Made by a program: the position numbers and the translations under genes
Shown: piece after piece, positions 37,511 to 42,369 of the stretch
How positions within the stretch are numbered: position 1 is the stretch's first letter
Layout of the letters: each line of letters opens with the position of its first letter
Virus record (IMG/VR): IMGVR_UViG_3300045609_000021
Coordinates: 1-42,369 of that record
Length of the DNA: 42,369 bases
Origin: a virus
Taxonomy: Duplodnaviria > Caudoviricetes
Strand: one strand, 5' to 3'
Notes under the pieces: generated by a model
Seen by the model: the letters and a program-made list of their open reading frames with translations, nothing else
What the model was told of the DNA's origin: nothing
Database searches by the model: none

Positions 37511-38881
37511 TTATTCCTCCTTCCTGTCGCTCATGTTGCAGACGAGTCTGGCTTTGCATCCAGTTAGCTCCTGCCATCTCTTGATGATCACGTCGCAGTA
37601 TATGGGTTCGTATTCCACCATGCGGCAGCGTCTGTGCAGCTGTTCGGATGCGATGAGCGTGGTACCGCTCCCGCCGAATATGTCGAGGACGATGTCTCCC
37701 GTACGGCTGGAGTTGTTGACAAGTTTGCCGATGAGCGGCACCGGTTTCATGGTGGGATGGTCATGATTTGCTTTAGGTTTAGCACAGTCTATTACCGTCG
37801 TCGGCAATTCTCCTAGGAATATATTCTGGAGGAGTTCCTTCATGTCCTGTTTGCTCATCGATTCAATATCCGGTTGATCTTCGATTACAGTAGTTAGGTT
37901 GCGTTTGTCAATAAAGTAATGGCCGGCACCATCTTTCCATCCGTATAGGCATGGTTCGTGTTTCCATTGATAATCGGAAAGACCAAGGCAAAGACTCGAT
38001 TTGTTCCATATGATTATTTGGCGAAGTTTCCATCCGACATTATGCATTGCTGTTTGAAATTCATAATTTTGAGTGGTTCCGTGCCATATGTAAAATGCGC
38101 CTCCTTTTTTTAATACATCATTAGCATTCTGCAGACTTGATGTCAAGAACTGAACAAAACAGCTTTCGTCCATTTTGTCGTTTGCTATGTCGTTTGTATT
38201 TGCTCCCTTGTATCTTTTTGCTGATATTTTAATTTTTGCCTTATTGACATTTCCGTAGTCGACGTTGTATGGCGGGTCCGTGATGAGCAGGTCTGCCTGC
38301 GCACCGTTCATCAGCGCTGCGACAGTTTCCGCTTTCGTGCTGTCCCCGCAGATTAGCCTGTGCTCTCCGAGTTCGTATATGTCCCCAGGCTGCGATGTGG
38401 CCTTCTTGGGCGTGTTCGCTTCCACGTCGAAGTTGTCGTCTTCCGCCTGTTGTTCCTCGTCGCTCTTCGGTTCTGCGATGTCAGGCACGTCTATGGCCGC
38501 CGCGTCTATCTCGTCAGGTGACCATTCGTTGATGAGCGCATCCCAGTCCGTCTCTCCGAATGATGAGTTGTCCTTAAGCACGATGCGGCGCAGCTTGTCG
38601 ATGGGGAATTCTTTCGGAAGAATCTTGCATGGCGCGCTCTCGTACTTGAGGAACTTGAGAGCCTCGTATCTCATGTTTCCGCCGATGATGACGCATCCCC
38701 TGGAGTCGTCGGTTTCGTAAGCGAGAATTTCTCGCATCTCCAGCATCTCCGGGTCGTCCTTGATGCTCTGTACAAGTTTGTTGAATTTTTGGTCGCGTAT
38801 GAAGCGCGGGTTCTTTGGAAGCCCTTCAATCTGACCGGTGTTCGGGTGCAGTCTTTCAAGCGGCATTTGTATCGTTTCCAT
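37511..38881 (-). CDS. ParB-like domain fused to an amino (N6-A/N4-C) DNA methyltransferase, beta class
   Basis: NPR..IIGGNMR ParB motifs; HRLICGDS, TDPPYN, HPTMKPV and DIFGGSGTT motifs. Confidence 0.92.
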   Translation of the reverse strand: METIQMPLERLHPNTGQIEGLPKNPRFIRDQKFNKLVQSIKDDPEMLEMREILAYETDDSRGCVIIGGNMRYEALKFLKYESAPCKILPKEFPIDKLRRIVLKDNSSFGETDWDALINEWSPDEIDAAAIDVPDIAEPKSDEEQQAEDDNFDVEANTPKKATSQPGDIYELGEHRLICGDSTKAETVAALMNGAQADLLITDPPYNVDYGNVNKAKIKISAKRYKGANTNDIANDKMDESCFVQFLTSSLQNANDVLKKGGAFYIWHGTTQNYEFQTAMHNVGWKLRQIIIWNKSSLCLGLSDYQWKHEPCLYGWKDGAGHYFIDKRNLTTVIEDQPDIESMSKQDMKELLQNIFLGELPTTVIDCAKPKANHDHPTMKPVPLIGKLVNNSSRTGDIVLDIFGGSGTTLIASEQLHRRCRMVEYEPIYCDVIIKRWQELTGCKARLVCNMSDRKEE

Positions 38882-38909
38882 GTGTATGTGTTGTTTTTAG
38901 AAATTAAAC

Positions 38910-38937
38910 GGGCACACGTCCCATCGGACATGCGCCC
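38910..38937 (-). terminator. 12-bp RNA hairpin / weak terminator after a small ORF
   Basis: GGGCGCAUGUCC-GAUG-GGACGUGUGCCC pairs fully (2 G-U) only on the minus strand; followed by GUUUAAUUU. Confidence 0.6.
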
Positions 38938-38942
38938 TGTGT

Positions 38943-39068
38943 TCAGAACGGTGTTCCTAGCGCTTCCTGTGTGTAATTCTTCATGTTCAGCGATCTCGAT
39001 TTTGCTTTTGTTCTACTGTTTTTGAACGCTGTTTTTTCCCATGCAGATGAGCCTGATGATGTTGCCAT
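38943..39068 (-). CDS. Unannotated 41-aa basic peptide MATSSGSSAWEKTAFKNSRTKAKSRSLNMKNYTQEALGTPF
   Basis: Read manually; fills the gap between the PLD-like gene and the hairpin. Confidence 0.55.
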   Translation of the reverse strand: MATSSGSSAWEKTAFKNSRTKAKSRSLNMKNYTQEALGTPF

Positions 39069-39079
39069 GATGTTTTCTC

Positions 39080-39853
39080 CTATTTGAAGTATTTTCTTGT
39101 GAACAGATCCCAAGCGTTGCTGTTCCGTATCGGTTTCCGTATTGTCGCGTATTTGCCGAGTATCTTCTTCATCTGTTCGTCATAGAATGCATACATTTCC
39201 GGGCTTTCCTCTATTGTAAGCTGCTCTATCGAACCTGAACTGCGTAGGTTGGCGCTTCCGTGTATGACGATTTTCTTCCCGCCTTTCGTCTCGAAGTGAA
39301 CGGTTTTAGTGTGCATTCCCGCTACGGCGAGCTGGAACCTGTCACCGATGTCGAGCGTTTTGTAGATGTATGGCAGGAGCCCGTTCCTTTCGTTTGCCCA
39401 GAAGTACACGGAAATGATGAGGTTCAAGTTTTGGATGTAACCGTGATCCATCAAAGCGCGGAGGCTGTCCACGTTTTCCTGGCTCATGCTAAGCGTCGAT
39501 ATCGTCATTTCTTCTGTTGCGCATGGCGTCTCCGTCATGAACGCCTCGATGAAGTCCCCGAATATGAAGCTGCCTGCGATGAATGCGTCCGAGCGCATTC
39601 CTTCTGTGACCTTGATCTCCCTGGCAAGTTTGGCCGCGTTGTCGTACAGCACGAATTCGCGCTCGCTGTAGTGGGCGATTTTCGGCAGCGTGTATCTGGT
39701 TTCTTCCATCCCGACACCGTCGCCAGCGTCAAGTTCGGGAAGTTCTATGTCGATGTCCGGCATGTCGAAGATTCCGATGCCACCGATTTCGAGGTCGTCC
39801 TGTCCGTCGTCGCGTGTGCTGTTGATGTCTGTCTCTTTGTCCATTTTCCGCAT
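39080..39853 (-). CDS. Phospholipase D / HKD-superfamily nuclease-like protein
   Basis: MHTKTVH...IVIHGSANL....IEQ single HxK + GSxN motif. Confidence 0.7.
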   Translation of the reverse strand: MRKMDKETDINSTRDDGQDDLEIGGIGIFDMPDIDIELPELDAGDGVGMEETRYTLPKIAHYSEREFVLYDNAAKLAREIKVTEGMRSDAFIAGSFIFGDFIEAFMTETPCATEEMTISTLSMSQENVDSLRALMDHGYIQNLNLIISVYFWANERNGLLPYIYKTLDIGDRFQLAVAGMHTKTVHFETKGGKKIVIHGSANLRSSGSIEQLTIEESPEMYAFYDEQMKKILGKYATIRKPIRNSNAWDLFTRKYFK

Positions 39854-39860
39854 TTTTCCG

Positions 39861-39895
39861 CAAATATACGTAAAAAATGATTATATTGTAATCAT
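39861..39895 (-). promoter_or_regulatory. Putative late promoter (-7 TATATTTG) with palindromic operator ATGATTA-TATTG-TAATCAT
   Basis: Consensus -7 box at 39861-39868; 7-5-7 inverted repeat at 39877-39895. Confidence 0.6.
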
Positions 39896-39896
39896 T

Positions 39897-40460
39897 TTAC
39901 TTGTTTTTTAACATCCGGTACAGCATTTTCGCTGTTTGCCCGTCCATTTTCGCTGAATCGTATCTCGCGCGTATGGGAAGTCCGGCCTTGTCCCATGCCA
40001 GGAGCGCTGCATCCCTTCCTTCCTGGTTGAGTCTTCCCAGGTTCTGCCCGGTAACCTGTTCCAGTTCCTCGCGCGTTATTTTCCTGTCATGTCCCATCCA
40101 GCATTTCGGGAGCGGCCTCTTGAATTCGTAAGGGACGCCGGCATGTTCGCAGTATTCGCCGATGAGACGGGAGACCTGCTCGTTTCTACCCTGGTCGACG
40201 CCTTTGGCGGCAGACGATTCGCGTCCATCCCACTTGCGCAGGTGGTAGTTTCCGTGGTTCATCCATCCCGCTTCTACGATGACTTTGAACCCGTTTCCGC
40301 CGCTTATCGCTTTCTTGTGTGTTTCTGCTATGAACTCCAGCGTCTGGTAGAACGGGAGCATCACTACGGCCATCTTTCTGCTCTCCACTTTCAGGACTGC
40401 GACGCCGTTTCTGTCAACGTCCGGGTCTATGCCGATGTAAATTGTGTCGTTTTTCGTCAT
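39897..40460 (-). CDS. RuvC-like Holliday junction resolvase
   Basis: YIGIDPD, VIVEAG and EGRDAALLA acidic motifs. Confidence 0.75.
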   Translation of the reverse strand: MTKNDTIYIGIDPDVDRNGVAVLKVESRKMAVVMLPFYQTLEFIAETHKKAISGGNGFKVIVEAGWMNHGNYHLRKWDGRESSAAKGVDQGRNEQVSRLIGEYCEHAGVPYEFKRPLPKCWMGHDRKITREELEQVTGQNLGRLNQEGRDAALLAWDKAGLPIRARYDSAKMDGQTAKMLYRMLKNK

Positions 40461-40533
40461 TTCCTTTCCTTCTGTCGTGTTTTATTTAATTTATCGGGTA
40501 TTTACCCGTGTTATTGATTTTGTGGGCTTACAA

Positions 40534-40660
40534 TCAAAATTTAGCGCCGTTTTCAAAATATCTTTCGCATCTGAATCCTTTTCGTGGCTCGAAGTCTTTG
40601 AAGTCCATCTTGAAGAACAGCTCTTTTCTTTTCGTCCACGTCTATAAGACCTATATTCAT
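40534..40660 (-). pseudogene. Internally deleted remnant of a phage radical-SAM-like gene
   Basis: MNIGLIDVD start joined out of frame to WTKRKELFFKMDFKDFEPRKGFRCERYF; both recalled from one phage protein family. Confidence 0.5.
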
Positions 40661-40678
40661 TTTACCTCGTTTTTTGTT

Positions 40679-42064
40679 TCACCACAGCAATTCAAGTTGC
40701 TTGCTATCGTTTTTTGTTTCAATAAACAACTTTCTGAATATGTGATATAAGCATGAAACTACGATGCTGTTTCCTGCTAACTTATATAATTGACTATTGC
40801 TTATGCCACTATTAAGAAGTTTGTCTATGTAATCTTCATTAACGTCCATGAGTCTGAAGCATTCTGTTGGTGTCAGTTTTCGTATACGAAATCCTTGGCA
40901 CGTACCAGCTGGATGCGTATCTGCTTTTATTGTTCTTGATATTCCTGTCAATCCGCCTCTTGAATAATTTGGTGAAGGGTTTAAATATAATCCATCCCCG
41001 TTTTTTATTTCATGACCCATGAATATAATTTTCGGTTGTGTATTTCCACCTTGCATTGCGCTTAGTGTTGTACACAAGTCGCTTTTTTCTGAAAGTACTC
41101 TGTTTGCTTGCTTGTCTGATTTGTTGAATATATCGACTTTGGGTTCAATTAATAAATTATCTTTCTGAACAGATGTAAGTGCGTTAGAAACATTTTCTAC
41201 AACCTCTAATCTTTGCTCACAATATGTTCCTTTTGACCTATCAGATGGATTTTCAGGATTTCTTCCTCGCATTGCTGCTATCGTAGGTTCAATAATTGTA
41301 TTATCAGTAGGCGCAAGTGCTGAATTAGACCTTACACAACATCCCACATCTTCTCCTGTCTTAGGTTTAAATAAAAATCCTGTACCCTTAGCAATATGAT
41401 TTTCGTTATGTTGCTCAAATCCTTTAATACACTTTTCGGATAAATAGTATTTATCATCTACTCTATATTCCAATATATCCTTCAATCTCTTTTCAAGTTT
41501 AAAAGGTTGTGGAAAATAGAATTTCTGTTTAATATCGTTTCTGACCGACACCATGAATATACGTTCACGATTTTGTGGCACTCCGTAATCTTTTGCATTA
41601 AGGACTTGTGCGTAGTTTGTATATCCGTAACCCTCCAAAGTATGCTGCCACTTATTGAACAACTTGATAAACTTCTGACTTACCAAAGCTGCCACATTCT
41701 CCATGAGCAAATATTTAGGTCGTTTGTTTTCAATAGCCCTTTCACATTGCCAAAGCAAAGATGAGCGTGTTCCGCTACCTTTCTGTCCCCCTCTCTGAAG
41801 TCCCGCTGCCGAGAAATCCTGACACGGACTGGAATAAGTCAACAAATCGAAGTCATGGACACCGCACCAATCTATCTTGCATACATCTCCCAAATTTCTG
41901 TCTTTCCATTGAGAATATACTGCATCGTGAGCTTGTATGGCATATCTATCTATTTCAGACCACGCAACAAGTTCGTAATCGAATTTCGGGAAGTTCTGAT
42001 GAAGTCTGTCTAGAGACATACACTGGCTGTCATACCCGCTAAACAATGTAACCACTTTTATCAT
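40679..42064 (-). CDS. dcm: DNA (cytosine-5)-methyltransferase
   Basis: LFSG, SPCQDFS, MENV, PQNRERIF, RKLTPTEC.RL and AGNSI motifs. Confidence 0.95.
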   Translation of the reverse strand: MIKVVTLFSGYDSQCMSLDRLHQNFPKFDYELVAWSEIDRYAIQAHDAVYSQWKDRNLGDVCKIDWCGVHDFDLLTYSSPCQDFSAAGLQRGGQKGSGTRSSLLWQCERAIENKRPKYLLMENVAALVSQKFIKLFNKWQHTLEGYGYTNYAQVLNAKDYGVPQNRERIFMVSVRNDIKQKFYFPQPFKLEKRLKDILEYRVDDKYYLSEKCIKGFEQHNENHIAKGTGFLFKPKTGEDVGCCVRSNSALAPTDNTIIEPTIAAMRGRNPENPSDRSKGTYCEQRLEVVENVSNALTSVQKDNLLIEPKVDIFNKSDKQANRVLSEKSDLCTTLSAMQGGNTQPKIIFMGHEIKNGDGLYLNPSPNYSRGGLTGISRTIKADTHPAGTCQGFRIRKLTPTECFRLMDVNEDYIDKLLNSGISNSQLYKLAGNSIVVSCLYHIFRKLFIETKNDSKQLELLW

Positions 42065-42173
42065 TTCGTTTCTTTGTTTTCTTTATTTGTCATAATTTGA
42101 ATGATTTCCTTTAATGTCCTGCCACTGACCCACTCAACGCTTTGGTTATGTTTTGGATTCTCTAATTCCAACT

Positions 42174-42369
42174 TCATCTTCTGGATTTCAAACTCGCTTT
42201 CTTGTTTAGGTTTTTTTCATTTATGAGCATCAAATCATAGCGGTCAACTTCAAGATCGAGTTCGTCATCATTCATATCTGGATTAGATGATTTAATGTCG
42301 TCATATTCATCTTTATCATACTCCATCAAATCTTCCATATTACATTTAGATGCGAGTGGACAAGAGAAG
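42174..42369 (-). CDS. 3' part of an acidic hypothetical protein (truncated by the window edge)
   Basis: Open frame FSCPLASKCNMEDLMEY...KSRR* running off the window. Confidence 0.45.
   Translation of the reverse strand, partial: FSCPLASKCNMEDLMEYDKDEYDDIKSSNPDMNDDELDLEVDRYDLMLINEKNLNKKASLKSRR

Larger units (their letters stand above)
169..42369. mobile_element. Prophage (siphovirus-like, Bacteroidetes), incomplete at the right edge
   Basis: Integrase next to a tRNA, followed by lysis, tail, head, packaging and DNA-modification genes in co-linear order. Confidence 0.93.

Noticed and set aside
42061-42176. Open frame continuing after the TGA at 42174, suggesting readthrough or recoding
   Set aside because: Only 37 codons, and TGA, TAA and TAG all act as normal stops elsewhere in the window
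1-42369. CRISPR array or IS element
   Set aside because: No regularly spaced repeats or transposase motifs seen

Overview
The window holds the left ~42 kb of a temperate, long-tailed (siphovirus-like) Bacteroidetes prophage, probably from a Prevotella/Bacteroides-type host. It is integrated at the 3' end of a tRNA-Ser(GGA) gene, and its right end lies outside the window. After the integrase (+), almost everything is on the minus strand. Read from the right, it encodes a C5 methyltransferase, a RuvC-like resolvase, a PLD/HKD-type protein, a ParB-methyltransferase fusion, terminases, portal, a MuF protein with an ART-like C-terminal extension, head and tail genes (with a -1 frameshift tail chaperone), and two very large tail/receptor proteins. 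A lysis cassette and a small accessory operon follow. The key system is a complete diversity-generating retroelement (DGR): target gene VR 7714-7819, hairpin, avd, TR 7065-7170 and RT. TR and VR differ at 12 of 106 positions, all at template adenines. DGRs in Bacteroidetes phages are a known class, but this one has unusual details. The TR is in frame inside the RT ORF, the RT carries LVDD and TTQ in place of YxDD and TSQ, and a ~22-bp inverted repeat links the avd 5' end to the spacer just 3' of TR. All protein family calls come from motif recognition by eye, not from database searches.
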